From positions 68,138,001 to 68,202,000 of the forward strand of contig NC_086104.1 in assembly GCF_963921235.1 (NCBI RefSeq): DNA of 64,000 bases, read 5' to 3'. This stretch comes from Mobula hypostoma (lineage: Eukaryota). Both the position numbers and the translations under genes were made by a program. This document shows, one piece after another, positions 37,107-50,730 of the stretch. Under the pieces are notes generated by a model, which saw only the letters and a list, made by a program, of their open reading frames with translations, ran no database searches and was not told the origin of the DNA. Each line of letters starts with the position of its first letter. The stretch's first letter is position 1.

Positions 37107-38816
37107 GTCTGTAGAATGTGTCCTTTAAGGAGAGAGCTGGTTAGATATCTGTCAAGTCATACATTTTATTTTCTCTTTCTTTTGCTTGACTATAACTCAA
37201 ATTTATTAGTGATTTGCAACTTTACATTAGAGAGGAAGACTTGTAAAATGAAACTGTGTACTTTAAATAACTTAACTGTCACCCCAGTTAATCATACAAT
37301 CACATGAATGAAGTGTGTTTTACTAATCTTGGTATAAAAAGTACTGTTACCTGGTCATTAATGTTTTGTTTTAATATACATTTTAAATATACTATAGTTT
37401 AGTTTACTAGATCGGGCATTGATTGAGCAGTGAGAGTAGAGTCAGTATTCGTGTTAGTTCCTATGAGTAAAATCTGAAGTGTTTTCCTTCTCCCTAAATG
37501 CTGAAATGCACAGATGAAAAAATTGAACAATTATTTGTCTTATAAAAATTAGTTTAACTGCTTCAGTTAAAAGCTGTTATAATCTGTTCCTGAGCCCTGT
37601 ATTTATCACAACTTTAAATTCAGTTTGCTTTAATATCAGTCTGTTGCACTAACCTGCAGTATTGTTATTATGTGCCAATAGTTCAACTAGAATTGTCATT
37701 TTTCTGTTCTACCCAATTCTGAAAACTACCCTGTCAAGAGGTGGTCATTTGGCCTTTGATGCCTCCAATGCCATTCATTAAGTTCATGGCTGAACTGGTA
37801 CCTTTCTTCCATTTTCTTGCAATGTTCCCATATCTCTAACTAAAATATTTTTTAAAAATTCCTTTTCTTTCTGATTCAGCAACAAGAAGTATTTGCCAAC
37901 AAAAGAATCCTTGTACATGTGTTAAAGGATATAAAGCTACCACTTTATTAGGATATGAAAGCTACTCATTAACCATTTCAAAAAACTATGGAATAAAGAA
38001 TATTTATCAACCACTCAGGAACTGGTCCATGCAGTGGTGGAGGGAACCCCAGATGTCCGACAGCTCCTTCCACTTCTCACTCTCACTCAGGTCGGGTTGT
38101 GACTCCAGCCTTAATCGAGTGTATCATTGCTGTTTTTATATCTTTAGAACCCTTATCCTAGAACTTCTCCATGGTACCAGGTCATGCCTGCTAATCTCAA
38201 TGACCATTTCGCCTAGACAATTTAAAATAGTATGTCTGAGATACAATTTGAGATGGTATGTTGTGGAATAAATCCCATTTTCCACTATATCAGGCAGCCA
38301 ATTTGTCCTTGCAACTTGTAATTTTTTTTTAAGCAAGCACTTATCAAGGCGGGGGAGGGAGAGAGTAGGAAATTGCCACAATTTATACAGCACAGTGGAG
38401 TCACCAATTATTTAATATTCAGCCAAGATGAGCAGATATGGCAATCCATTTCTGAAGCTACTTTTCTGTCCACATATGAAGAAGTAATCGAATATAATTT
38501 CTAGACAATTAAAATCTTTCCTTGCCATCCCTTGATTCCTTTCATATCCACTCATCTGCCAGCCTCTGTTTTTATAAAAAATACTAACAACTGAACATTC
38601 ACAAATGTTTGGAGTAAAGGATTCCAAAGATTCATCACTCTCTCCTTCACTTAGTCTTAAATACTGTACCTATCCCTAATTCTGGGCAGTAATATCCTTT
38701 CTGTCAAGCCCTGTAAGAATTTAAATTTCAATGCAATTACTTCTCATTCTTCTAAGTTTTAGTGAATACAAGCTGGTATATCCAATCTTACTTGATTGGC
38801 AAAACTGCTATACTAT

Positions 38817-39393
38817 TGTAACCCTTGGTTAGGCTGGCGGCTTAATCTTGGGGACACAGCCCGTGGCCCGGCCAAACTTAAGAAATCTCGTTTGGGTGGA
38901 TGCTGCGTGATGTGTCCCCTGTTACAAATCAGTAGCACGAAATAACGAACAGCACACAATAAGCGATTAAACGATTGAGCTTAGTCATTCTTAATTTGAC
39001 TATAGGGGTTAGTAAAGAAACAAATAAAAAAGGACCCATTCTCATAAAACAGTTCAATGCACAAACGTTGGAGCTCACAGTTTCTCCATTTGTTCCCGTC
39101 GACCTTCTCCGAGCGTAGCCGACCCTCGGACCCTCGCTCCTCAGTCCACCCCGTCCGACGGTCTACCAACCCTCTATTCGCGTCCTCTCTCTTCATCTCT
39201 CCCCCCCACAAAAAACCGCGAGATCCCTTCTCCCAGATCCACAAGAAAGAACAACATCCTCTCATTGGCTAACATACATTCCAAAGGCCCTGTTATCTCT
39301 AGTCATAACCCAAATGTTGTGGCTACAGAGAAACCATTACCTTAGCAGTGGAATATTACAGAGCGACCATTACATTAACAGTGAAACCTTACA
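38817..39393 (-). mobile_element. Solo LTR, same family as 5779-6348
   Basis: Reverse-complement homology (GGCCAAACTTAAGAAATCT...TGTGTCCCCTGTTACAAATCAGTA); flanks CTAT and CTAG. Confidence 0.85.
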
Positions 39394-39639
39394 CTAGGAA
39401 AGGGTCTTTTATTTTTGTTGGTCTCCCATTGTGGCAAGGATATATACTGTTATTGGTAAGAACAAAATTAACGATTCAGTTGTTGTTTTACCAAGGCTTT
39501 ACATAATTTTATTTACACGTTATATCTATACTTAAAGTTTCATTAATGAAGGTCAACAAACAATTTGACTTCAATATTTACTCTACCTGTATGTTGATTT
39601 TCAATGATTTAAGGTACAAGGAACTGAGAAACATGAACA

Positions 39640-39945
39640 AAAATGGGCGGGGGGGGTGCTGGGGGGCATTCCCATAAGTTAGAGAAGTCAATGTTCATAC
39701 CTTCAGGTTGGAGGCTACGCAGACAGAATATAAGGTGTTGTTCCTCCAACCTGAGTGTAGCCTCATGGCAACTGTTGAGGAAGCCATGATTTGACATATG
39801 AAAATCAGAAGTGAGTAAAATGGGTGACCACTGGGATATCCTGCTTCTTCTGGCGGGTGCTCAGTGAAACAGTCTCCCAATCCTTGTCAGGCCTCACCGA
39901 TATACAGGAGGCCACACCGGGAGCACTGGACACAGTATATGAGTG
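39640..39945 (-). mobile_element. Penelope-like GIY-YIG fragment
   Basis: LGDCFTEH...; LRLEEQHLIFCLRSLQPEGMNIDFSN. Confidence 0.8.
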
Positions 39946-40205
39946 GGCAAATCTGTCCATTCCAGCTGCTTGGCAATCTGGGTGCTTTTGAACTCTGATC
40001 CATCACCAACTGAAGATAATCTGCTTTACTGTTTTTGTGCACCAAACTGGGTGACCCGACATCTGCAATGTTGTCACCCAGATTGTTGCTTCAGATTGTG
40101 AATGACTGGGGCCGCAAGCACCAACCCATGCAATAATGTGTGCAGCATGGGAACAGTTTAATAGGGATTAGAAGGCCAACTTTTTCTCCCAGAGAGTGGT
40201 GAGTA

Positions 40206-40762
40206 CAGTAAAATCTGGCTATTTGAGCAATCGGTTAACTGGGGCAGCTGATTACTGTATTTGGGCCAACTGTAAAGAACAAAAGCTAATCAAGAAAATA
40301 GCCAGGATTCTCTTTATTTGGGACACTATGCGGCTTAAATGGGACAGGAGACTATTGCCAAACAGTTTCTAATTAGCATCAGTTGAATGCACTTGTGTGA
40401 CCATTTAGAAACTACACCCAATTTAGAGCAAACAGTTTCTAAATAGCATCAGTTGTGTGTAATTGTGTTATTCATTTGGGCTGAAAGACACCAATTCAAA
40501 ACGCAATGACTTCAATCATTTTGTTCTTTATTTTGATTTGAATGTGAATAGAATGAACAAATTCGTTCAATAATTAGGAACTAATACACATTTTTATGCC
40601 ACTGTAGTTGTATTCGTGGTGTTCCAATTTGTTCTGTATTTCATTAGAATACATAATTTGTTACTTAGTTATTGGTAGTTTGTCTTTTTTATATATCTAT
40701 CTATTTCCATGAAACTTTGGCTAATTTGGGCAGCTGCTGAATTGGGACTAAAGGTACACTGC
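40206..40762. mobile_element. Possible pogo/Tigger-like non-autonomous DNA element
   Basis: TA-CAGTA start and repeated subterminal TAA(C/T)TGGG(G)CAGCTG motifs; right end cut by a CR1. Confidence 0.35.
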
Positions 40763-40764
40763 AT

Positions 40765-42070
40765 TTGCCAACTCACATCTAACACAACCTGCAAGTTAGC
40801 CTTTAGGGAATCCTGCATGGGGACTCCCATCTGCCTTTGCACTTCAGGTTTTTGTATTTGAAAATAGTCTGCATTTTTGTTCCTTCTACCAAAGTGCATG
40901 ATCTATCATATACTTCCCGACACTGTACTCCATCTGTCACTTCTTTGCCATTCTTCTAATTAAGTCCTTTTGCAGGCTCCCTGCTTCAACACTGCTTGAC
41001 CCACCACCTGTCTTTGTATCGTCTACAAACTTGGCCATAAACCAATCAATTCCGTCGTCTAAGGCATTGACAACACAACTAGTCACTGGCAGCCAATCAG
41101 AAAAATGCTCCCATTTCCCCACTACACTAATCTATCTATACTAGTATCTTTCCTGTAATGCCCTGGGCTCTTATCTTGCTAAACAGCCTCATGTGGCATC
41201 TTGTCAAAGGTCTTCTGAAAATCCAAGTACGTAACATCCACCAATTCTGCTTTGTGTATCCTACTTGTTATTTCTTCAAAGAATTCCAACAGATTTGTCA
41301 AGCAAAATTTTCTCTTAAGGAAACCATGCTGACTTTGGCTTCTTTTACCATGTGCCAGGTACCCCAAAACCTTATCCTTTAGAACCGACTCCCAACATTT
41401 TTCTAACCACTGAGGTCAAGCTAACTGGCCTATATCTGACTCCCTCCCTTCTTGAAGAATGGGGTGGTATTTGCAATTCTCCAGTCTTCCGGAACCATGC
41501 TAGACTCCTGTGTACCTTGAAAGATCATTACTAATACCTCCACAATCTCCTCAGAATCCTGTGGTGTAGTCCACCTTGTCCAAGTGACTTACCTACCTTC
41601 AGACATTTCAGCTTCCCTATCATCACCACCCCAGTAGTAGCAACTATACTCACTTCTGACCCCTGACAATCTTGCACTTCCGGCATACTTCTAGTGTCTT
41701 CCACAATGAAGACTGAGACAAAATACTTCTGAAGTTCATCTGCCATTTCCTTGTCACCCATTACTACCTCTCCAGCATCATTTTCCAGTGGTCAGATAAC
41801 TACTCTTGTCTCCCTTTTACTCTTTATATACTGTACTTGGGAAAAAAAAACTTTTGGTATCTTTTGTATTTTTGCTAGCTTGCTGTCATATTTAATCTTT
41901 TCTTTCCTTATGGCTTTTAGTTGCCTTCTGTTGGTTTTTAAAAAGCTTCCCAATCCTCTAACTTCACACTAATTTTTGCTTTATTATATGCCCTCTCTTT
42001 GGCTTTTATGTTGGCTTTGACTTCCCTTGTCAGCCACGGCTGTAGCTTCCTGCCTTTAGAATGCTACTTC
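40765..42070 (-). mobile_element. Older CR1 LINE fragment
   Basis: QHGFLKRKFCLTNLLEFFEEIT...YLDFQKTFDKMPH; AKFVDDTK. Confidence 0.88.
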
Positions 42071-42256
42071 TTTTGGTAAAGTTTTTTGATATTTATTTGC
42101 CTTGACAACATTTTAGAACTGATCAGTAGAAATAGCCTCGTCAGTTTTGTTACAATGCCAAAATTATTCAGTAAATACTGGATTTAGCTTAGCCAGAAAC
42201 TACACCAATCTTGAGACAGACTTGTTGCTTCTCCACTTATTTTTCATTTTTTGTAG

Positions 42257-42370
42257 GTGTTGCGCTACTGCAGAGGCGGAGGCCCATTGTGGGTATCTGG
42301 TAATAACACTCCAACGGATAATGATATCCCAAATTGTTCTTGTGGAGCTCGGCGTGAATTTGAATTTCAG
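42257..42370 (+). CDS. PDCD2: PDCD2 exon 4
   Basis: TTGTAG| VLRYCRGGGPLWVSGNNTPTDNDIPNCSCGARREFEFQ |GTATGA; 114 nt. Confidence 0.95.
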
Positions 42371-43861
42371 GTATGAATTATACAGTAAAACTCTGGATAT
42401 CTGCTTGCAAACCATTTGGAAATTCAGAAGGTTAGGTATTTGGCAATTATATTTCCAAATAAATTAAGTTTGCTTTGCTGGCTCTAGTTCAACACACTGT
42501 TATCCCGGATTTTGTGCTCCTTTCTCACTGATGGGACCCCAGCTTCTGTGCTCCCTTATCTGGTTCAATAGACAATTTCATCATACTCTGTAACATTTAA
42601 AAAAAAATTGAAGTGTTAATAGAAATGACATTGAATAGTCCAGAAAATTCACATCCAGTATTACCATGGACTTGAAAATGCTGGATTGTTTATTTTTATC
42701 AAATTACTTTAATGACTAATGTAAGTTAATTAAATTGCTTTAGCTTATTTGATCAAGTAGGGTAAAAATTTATTGGAACTAATTAATTGAAGAGGCAGCA
42801 TCTCTGGAAACAGGAACAGCTGTGTATTTACCTAAAAGACCCTTAATCAGAAATGGGGAAAGTGGGGAAAAATAGATTTTATATCAAGTTTCTTCAAATT
42901 CACTAGTTTTCTTAGTTCCTATGAAAAGTCTTTTAACTGATATTGAACCGTTGCTGTCTGAAGATGTAACCTGACCCAACATTATTTATAGAGAATCAAA
43001 GAATAAAGAGATTTTCTTTTCTTGAGTTTAAGGACAGAATAAAAGTTTTGCTCCAAAGAAAAGTTTGTTTCAAAATTGCCTGTGTGCTGCAGATTCGGGT
43101 AAACATTGCCCTGTCTCATGGCGTGTTGGCTTATGTGAAGTTACAAGGCCAATAATCCGCAAATCAAAACTTGCTGTTTGGATAAACAACATACCAACCA
43201 AGAGCAGGGATAAGCTCTGTGGCCTCTCAAGATCAATTTTTGACCTGCTTGTAACTTCAACATTGCACTCCACCTACCCTGTGGTAGCTCTTTTCCCCAG
43301 CTTTAAGAAAAGTGTGAACACTTTTTGACACACCCTTTGCAAAAAGGTTTAAAGCCTCATCACCTTGGGGGGAAAAAGTCTCATGTTATATGGGTAAAGA
43401 GTGATGCCAAGTTTGAGATTGTTTTTCCCCCTAGATGAAACATGCTGTCCATCCACTCTGTCACAACCCTTCAGAATTTATTTCTGATTGCCTTGAATAG
43501 TGTATGTTAAGTGCTGCATTTGTTAAAATCTGAACTCACTTACTGTCTTACTTAACTATGTCATCTGTTGCTTTGTAGACAGATATTGTAGTTTGTATCG
43601 CAGAGTAGATGGGGCTAAGTTATCTAAATTCTTGCAGCAGAGAAGTAAATCAGATCAGAACGCATAATTTTATTTTGGATATCTTGTTGAATGTTAAACT
43701 GGTTCCATCTTGTGCAGAGGCTCTTGTCTGGAGAAGGAAGTTTATTGCGTCAAGTGCGAACAAATGGGACTTCTGTTCCAAAATTAGTTCCTGCTTTTGG
43801 ATTTTGATGGACAGGGACTAAATTTAGCTGCTTATCTTTATTGAGATTTTTTTTAATATAG

Positions 43862-44023
43862 GTGATGCCACAGTTGCTTAACCAGCTTAAAGTGGATCGT
43901 CTTGAAGAAAGTTTGGATTGGGGAACACTTGTTGTTTATACATGTGCACAAAGCTGTGACCCTGGCAACACATACGTTCTCGAGTTCATCTGGAAGCAGG
44001 ATTTTTCTGCAGAGCAGGTCTAA
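43862..44023 (+). CDS. PDCD2: PDCD2 last exon
   Basis: [32 protein letters not shown]...EFIWKQDF...TAA (PDCD2_C domain). Confidence 0.95.
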   Translation: MMPQLLNQLKVDRLEESLDWGTLVVYTCAQSCDPGNTYVLEFIWKQDFSAEQV

Positions 44024-45274
44024 TCACCTGCTGCATATGAACAGAATCTATTGCCTAGATTCCTTCCCCTTCACCTCCAAAGACTTCTCTTTTATAGATA
44101 ACATGACTGTGTTCACTCGCACTTTCAACTGTGTGAAGATGTTCTAAACAATCAGCAGCCATTGCTCCAAGAATATATACTTAAAATTAATGGAGAGACA
44201 GATAGTTTGGGGTCTTATTTTGTAAAGACTGTTGTTTTACAAACTGAGAAAAAAGATAATGTACAGACAAATAGTAAATTGTATTGATACATTATCTTTT
44301 TATGCTGTGATCTTAGTAATTTTGGTAGGTACAGAGAGGAGAACATTTTAAATGGAGACAACAATTCTACACGTTGTAAGAAATTGGTTATTGCATTGAA
44401 ACATCCAGTTGAGCGTAGTGACGGGAAAATTTAGCTCCTGTGTGGATTCAAAGAAGAAAAGTCACATGGGTAGCATGAAGCATGGTTGACAAATGTTTAC
44501 CTGCAACTCAGATTTTCTATTTGTAGAACTACCTGTTACAGGAGTTATGGTGCAGAAAAGCAACTATTGCAAAAATAGCAAAGTGGCTACCTTGTGGCAC
44601 AATTTCTTTTCTTTGCCAGTTCTCTGAAGGAAAATTGAGAGCTTAGTCAAATTTACCTTACCATTAAATACTTCCAGTAATCTAGCCTTTACTCTAGGAT
44701 ATAGAATTCCAGAGATTCAAAACCCATTATCAGAAGAAAATCCCAATAAGTTTTAGATCAGTGCCCTCTTATAACATCTCTTTTTGATGTTCTCATAATT
44801 GGAAACACATGTCCTATCATGCCCACTTATCATTGCGTATTTCAATAATATCTCAAATTCTTTAAAATAGGTAATACAGATGAAGTTAAGTTGTTTTGCC
44901 TTTTGCTTGAAGACAACTCTCATTCAAAGAATTAGTTGAATGAATCACTTCGCCACCTCCAATTCTGCCTTAAATGTAAACTTTACACTATATTCAAGGT
45001 GCAGCCTTAATGATGCCCTGTACAATTAGAACAATATTTTAAAATTCTAATCCCTTTGTAATTTACCTTCTGAACTACAGCCTGCACCTGAATGCTAATT
45101 TTCTGTTAGCAATATTAACTGGATCTGTCGTACTTTAGTCATTTGCAATATCTACATTGAGAAGTTTGAGCTTGGTTTCCTTTTATACCTCACACTTTCA
45201 TGTATTGAATTGCATTTGGCAAGATTTCACCCACCTACTCTGGCTTGTGGCAGTGCCCAAATATCTCCTCTTGC

Positions 45275-45525
45275 CATGGTAGCGTAGCAGCTGGTGCTGC
45301 TATTGCAGCTCTGGTGTTCTGGGGTTTAGAGTTCAATTATGGTGCCATCACTAAGGAGTTATGTTCTCTGCATGAGTGTGTGGGTTTCCTCTGGGTGCTC
45401 CCATTTCCTCATGCGGTCCAAACACTGAGGTGAATTGTTCCTTGTAAGTTAGGCTAGTGTTAAAAAGGTGTGTTGCTGGGCGGTGCGGCTCATCGGGCGG
45501 GAAGGGCCTGTTCTACGCTGTATAC
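45275..45525 (+). mobile_element. V-SINE-like element
   Basis: Similar to 7050-7282 (GAGTTCAAT, GTGGGTTTCCTCTGGGTGCTCC, GAAGGGCCTGTT). Confidence 0.55.
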
Positions 45526-45562
45526 ATTCAATCTTCTCCTCCAAGTCAATATTATGCACCAA

Positions 45563-45568
45563 TTTATT
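45563..45568 (-). terminator. Candidate NUP133 polyadenylation signal
   Basis: AATAAA on the minus strand ~350 nt after the stop codon. Confidence 0.45.
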
Positions 45569-45921
45569 GAAGGCCAAGAAATGATCTGTGGGACACACCA
45601 CTCATTAAATCTTAAAGCATGAACAAAACATTATTCCCATTTACAAAATACCTGGCTCTGATTAAGCTACAGCTGAGCCTTCAAAACAGGTGGGAAATTG
45701 CAAAAGTACTGCTTTGCAGAGAAGCAGAGTTCACTGAAGTTGGCAATGCATGTCAGCAACTTGGTGAGTTGGGTCGTCAGACCTGTTTCTGTGCTGTATA
45801 ACTGCGACTCAACAATCTTTGTGAAATTAATTGACTTTATTAGAAATGTAATAATTTGTGACATATAAAAAACTTCTGTGTTGCAGGTGGCTTATTCACA
45901 TTACCTTCTGAGTGAAGGATG

Positions 45922-46076
45922 TTAAACAATAGAGGTCAATTCAGATTGTGCTTTTATGTAATGTTCATAGTTTGCTTGCAAGAGGAATTCAAAATACGAA
46001 TTGGATCCCAGAGTCACTAGATGATCTGACAGCAGCAAGAACTTTACTTCTGGCAAGTAGTGTTTCAGCTCAACTC
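45922..46076 (-). CDS. NUP133: Nucleoporin 133, last exon
   Basis: VELKHYLPEVKFLLLSDHL..LGSNSYFEFLLQANYEHYIKAQSELTSIV*. Confidence 0.92.
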
Positions 46077-46335
46077 CTAAAATGAAACCGAGTGAAAATT
46101 ATTCAGTGTAAAAACATTTCTCAACAGCAAGTATACCAGATGCATTGGGAAACAACATTTACAGTGATCCATCATTCTTCACTCTTTTTAAGAACTACCC
46201 TTCATCTGTGTAGAAAACAATCAGGGTTTATGCCTCATAATCAGACATCTGTGCAGGTAAACCAAAATAGATTTCTGCAGGGCTTGTGTGTTTAAAATTT
46301 GAGGGTACAGGTTTAAGGAAATGGGGGTGAATTTA

Positions 46336-47502
46336 CAGTGGCATGCAAAAGCTTGGGCACCCCTGGTCAAAATTTCTGTTTACTGTGAATAGCTGAGCAA
46401 GTAAAAGATGACACATTTCTTCAATATTTTAAGCAAGAAAACTTAATTTCCATCTTTTACAGTTTCAAAATAACAAAAAAGGGAAAGGGCTCGAAGCAGA
46501 AGTTTGGGCACCCTGCATGGCAGGACTTAGAAACACCCCCTTTGGCAAGTAACACAGCTTGTAAATGCTTTTTGTAACCAGCTAAGAGTCTTGCAATTCT
46601 TGTTTGGGGGGATTTTCGCCCATTCTTCCTTGCAAAAGGCTTCTAGTTCTGTGAGATTCTTGGGCCGTCTTGCATGCACTGCTCTTTTGAGGTCTATCCA
46701 CATATTTTCGATGATGTTTAGGTCGGGGGACTTTGACGGCCATGGCCAAAAAGTTCTATTTTAACTTCATCAGTCCATAGGACTTGTTTCCAAAATGCAT
46801 TAGGCTTGTTTAGATGTTCCTTTGTACTTTTTGGCTGCAATGAGCAAAGGTATGTTTGAAGGAAAAAGGGTGCAGAATTTCATGAAAAGAACCTCTCTCC
46901 AACTGTTAAGCACGGGGGTGGATCAATCATGCTTTGGGCTTGTGTTGTAGCCAGTGGCACAGGGAACATTTCACTGGTAGAGGGAAGAATGAATTCAATT
47001 AAATACCAGCAAATTCCGGAAGCAAACATCACACCGTCTGTAAAAAAGCTGAAGATGAAAAGAGGATGGCTTCTACAACAGGATAATGATCCTAAACACA
47101 CCTCAAAATCCACAATGGACTACCTCAAGAGGGCAAACTGAAGGTTTTGCCGTGGCCCTCACAGTCCCCTGACCTAAACATCATCGAGAATCTGTGGATA
47201 GACCTCAAAAGAGCAGTACATGCAAGACGGCCCAAAAATCTCACAGAACTAGAAACCTTTTGCAAGGAAGAATTGAAAGACTCTTAGCTGGCTACAGAAA
47301 GCATTTACAAGCTGTGATACTTGCCAAAGGGGGTGTTACTAAGTACTGCCATGCAGGGTGCCCAAACGTTTGCTTCGGGCCCTTTTCCTTTTTTGTTATT
47401 TTGAAACTGCAGAAGATGGAAATAAGGTCATCTTTTACTCACTTAGCTATTCACAGTAACAGAAATTTTGAACAGAGGTTCCCAAACTTTTGAATGCCAC
47501 TG
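46336..47502. mobile_element. Non-autonomous fold-back Tc1/mariner element
   Basis: TA|CAGTGGCAT...ATGCCACTG|TA; IR/DR-type TIRs; transposase remnants [32 protein letters not shown]. Confidence 0.93.
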
Positions 47503-47844
47503 TAGATATCGTAAGGAGAAGTCTTGTGAAATAGAGGGTACTAGTTCCCCAGAATGACCTGTCAGCAGAGGCAATGCTATGATGTTTAAAATGCACTTGG
47601 ACAGGTATTTGAATAGGAAAGTAGAAGAAAACAGGCTGAATGTGTGCATATGGGATTCGTGTAGATTGGCTTCGGGGTTGCCTTAAGAGCTGGTTTCTGT
47701 ACTATTTGTCTCTGATTCAATGTGCTAATTATTCATATTTAAATAGTTGCACAAGATCCCAAACAAACCAACTTGTTATTGGAGTAACCACTGTGGAAAA
47801 TGGGTGAAAACAAGCATTTCATGTCAGACTGAAATGACACTCAC

Positions 47845-47930
47845 CTTCATCCATGAGCTTTTCTATGATTTTTATCAGGATCGTCTCCTTTGCAGCTTCA
47901 ACAGGATCATCCTTCGGACTGAAAGACCAA
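47845..47930 (-). CDS. NUP133: NUP133 exon
   Basis: WSFSPKDDPVEAAKETILIKIIEKLMDE; AG/GT boundaries. Confidence 0.9.
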
Positions 47931-48341
47931 CTAAAGAAACAAAATATTGGAGTTCCTATGAATAATCTTCAGAGAACAGGAATGCCTGGGCTTATTTGTT
48001 GATCACCAAATTGCAAGTGAACAATTCTAGCTCAAAAGGGTATCGTGCACTCAGATGTTTGAATGTAGGTTTTAGAAATGCTGCTCTTAAACCCTCAAGC
48101 CATCTCCCAAACACAACCACTTGGGCTAAGAAACAAGTACATTATTGGCTCGTCGATTTTAGTCAGTGTTGATTTAATCTAATAATTAGTGGGGGCAAAA
48201 GCAAGGGGAACACTAATTACAATTGAAAGGCAAGAAGGGAGGGTAAGGGTATCATAATTTTACACAATGATGCAAGCAGAGCCACTGTTGATTTACATTT
48301 GTAACAAATTACAGTTAGCAACAGTTCCAAACTCCACATAC

Positions 48342-48409
48342 TCATCTCTCTGGATGGCACGACTGAAGATCTCCAGTTTCAGTTCATCAGCAGTAATGGA
48401 ATTGTCCTC
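48342..48409 (-). CDS. NUP133: NUP133 exon
   Basis: EDNSITADELKLEIFSRAIQRD; AG/GT boundaries. Confidence 0.88.
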
Positions 48410-49728
48410 CTTTATAGCAACAAACAGACAAAAACATTCAGCCTCAATTTAAACCGAGCCTATTGTTACCCTGCCCAAAGTAATATCTGTGCCACAAAAA
48501 ATAAATATTTTCTAGCAGTTCATTTTATATGGTGGTTAACTTATTTTTGTTTGGCAGACTGGCAGAATCCAAACTGGCAGCTGTTTTTATCATCACAAAA
48601 TTGTTTGTACTTCAAAAACTTATGATTTTAACCTGCTTTTGCATATCCTGAGGATATGAGACATCAAGTAAATACATCTCTTGCTTTTACCTCTAAAAAG
48701 GTAAATATAAATGATGTAATATGTGGGAAAATTAAGTTGAAACCAAAATGTAAAGGCATAGTATATAAGAAAGGAGTACATTGACCAGCTGAGCAGTATA
48801 GCCATAACTTAGTTAGTAAGCATATCCTCTAATGGCAAGAAACAGTGAGGCAATATCTGGTCCTGGGAAATCATTTGGGACAGGATACAGATTACTTAAT
48901 TTATACAATTGAGTTCTGATTTAAAGATTTTTTTCAACTCACAACTTCATTGTGAATTAGTATTAGATATTTTAACTAGCTGCTAATTTGCATTGAACTA
49001 AAAGCTTACCGGGTTGATTACAAAATCACTTTAATAGTTCCCATCCCCTTTATTCTCTGAAAAGCACTATGGGCATAGAAACACTCTCTAACTATTCACA
49101 GAGGCCACCTTAAAGTATTTGCATCTTGTTCAGTTCTAAGCAGCACTATAAATCGCCTTGACCCAAACATTGAAGTCAGCAAAAGAGAGAGTATTTCTGT
49201 TATTACATTTTGGAAAATACTAGAAACTTAGATCGTAGCATGAGAGATTAATTCAAGTTGATGATCAGAATTCTAAGTCCCTTATGATCAACTCATCGGG
49301 AAATTTATAAACACAGACAATTTGTATCTCTCTGGTAGAGGGTGGTTGGCAGTATTTGGGGGTGAAATGAACAATGGTGTCTCTATTAAAGGAGACCCAA
49401 GAGACTGCATGCAAGTATTTGGAAGAGTTCAACAGGTCAGGCAGGAAATGGAGAGTCGACATTCAGGTTGAGACCCTTCAGCTGCCTGTCCATTTTGTTC
49501 TACAGAGTGTGCCTAACCTAGTGACTTCCTCCAACAGTTTGCTTATTGCACCAAAAAGATGGGTTGATGCCACGTTCTCAGCTTCACAACCCGTTTCTCA
49601 TCCTACCAGAAAATAAAAATCAGCTGCAAGTAGAGGATTTTTTAATCCAAGCAATTTGGGTTTTAATCAGGGCAACCACCCTTTGGAATTGATAAGATGG
49701 GGAAAAGCAATCAACTTTTTCTCTGTAC

Positions 49729-49809
49729 CTTTTCAACGTACTCCAGTAGATCAAGTGCCTTCTTGAAATCATATTCATTTGCTCTTACGTTGTCATCACT
49801 GATGTAAAG
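49729..49809 (-). CDS. NUP133: NUP133 exon
   Basis: [27 protein letters not shown]; 81 nt. Confidence 0.93.
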
Positions 49810-50360
49810 CTGGAGAAATTGAATATTAATCTGAATTAATTGAAGTGGAATAGACATTAAAAAAATCTCCTGTGGAAAGTGCAAACTGGTGATTATGGCG
49901 TAAATATCTGGTGCAAGCATTTCCACGATACTGTCAAGACATGGGTTCACTCTAAATACCATCACTTAAGAGAAGTTCAATGAGAAACAAATTCCAAGTG
50001 CAACCAAAATTAGTCATCTAAATTTAATTTTAAAGCAGGTTTTATGTGAATTTACTTTGTCAACTCTTCCAGCAAACCCTTCTGCGAAAGACTGCATGAT
50101 GTCTTGCTGTTGCTCTATTTCTGACCTGAAGAAATTAATCCTTCCTGATTCACTTTAGCATAACTTAATATTTCTAAAATAAATTATATCAACTAACTTT
50201 TTCCTCACCTTTTTTGGAAAGCATATTTCATATCATTACAATGAGTTTCCTGTCCTTATCAATTTATCTTGCATAGTCTGTCATTTTAATGTCCTCCTTA
50301 TGACACTTTCATTTATAATTTTGGATAATTGATCTCTCACAACCAGTTTTATGTACTTAC

Positions 50361-50479
50361 ATTGATCAGTTGTGAAGCAGACAACACAGGCATTGTGTCT
50401 ACGTTGAGCTGTTTCCTTTCCAACAACTCCATTGGGAGAGTATCCTGATGAAGCAGATACTGCTCTTGTGCATTCAAGT
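50361..50479 (-). CDS. NUP133: NUP133 exon
   Basis: LNAQEQYLLHQDTLPMELLERKQLNVDTMPVLSASQLIN; 119 nt. Confidence 0.9.
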
Positions 50480-50730
50480 CTGCAACAAAATGAATACAAG
50501 TAACTCGTTGCTCCATATGGAAGAGGAGCGAGCATCAAGAAAATCAGCTTTGTCAAGCATTCATATCCAGGCTCATTTCTTTGGTCTACTCCTGCAAAAA
50601 GGCGCCTGCTTGCTTTCTCTTTGATAAAGTTGCTGGTGCTGTGGAGCATGCCCTCGTGTTTTGATTGATTTATTGAGAGATGCAGCACAGAATAGGCCCT
50701 TCGAGCTACGCTGCCCAGCAACCCGATTTA

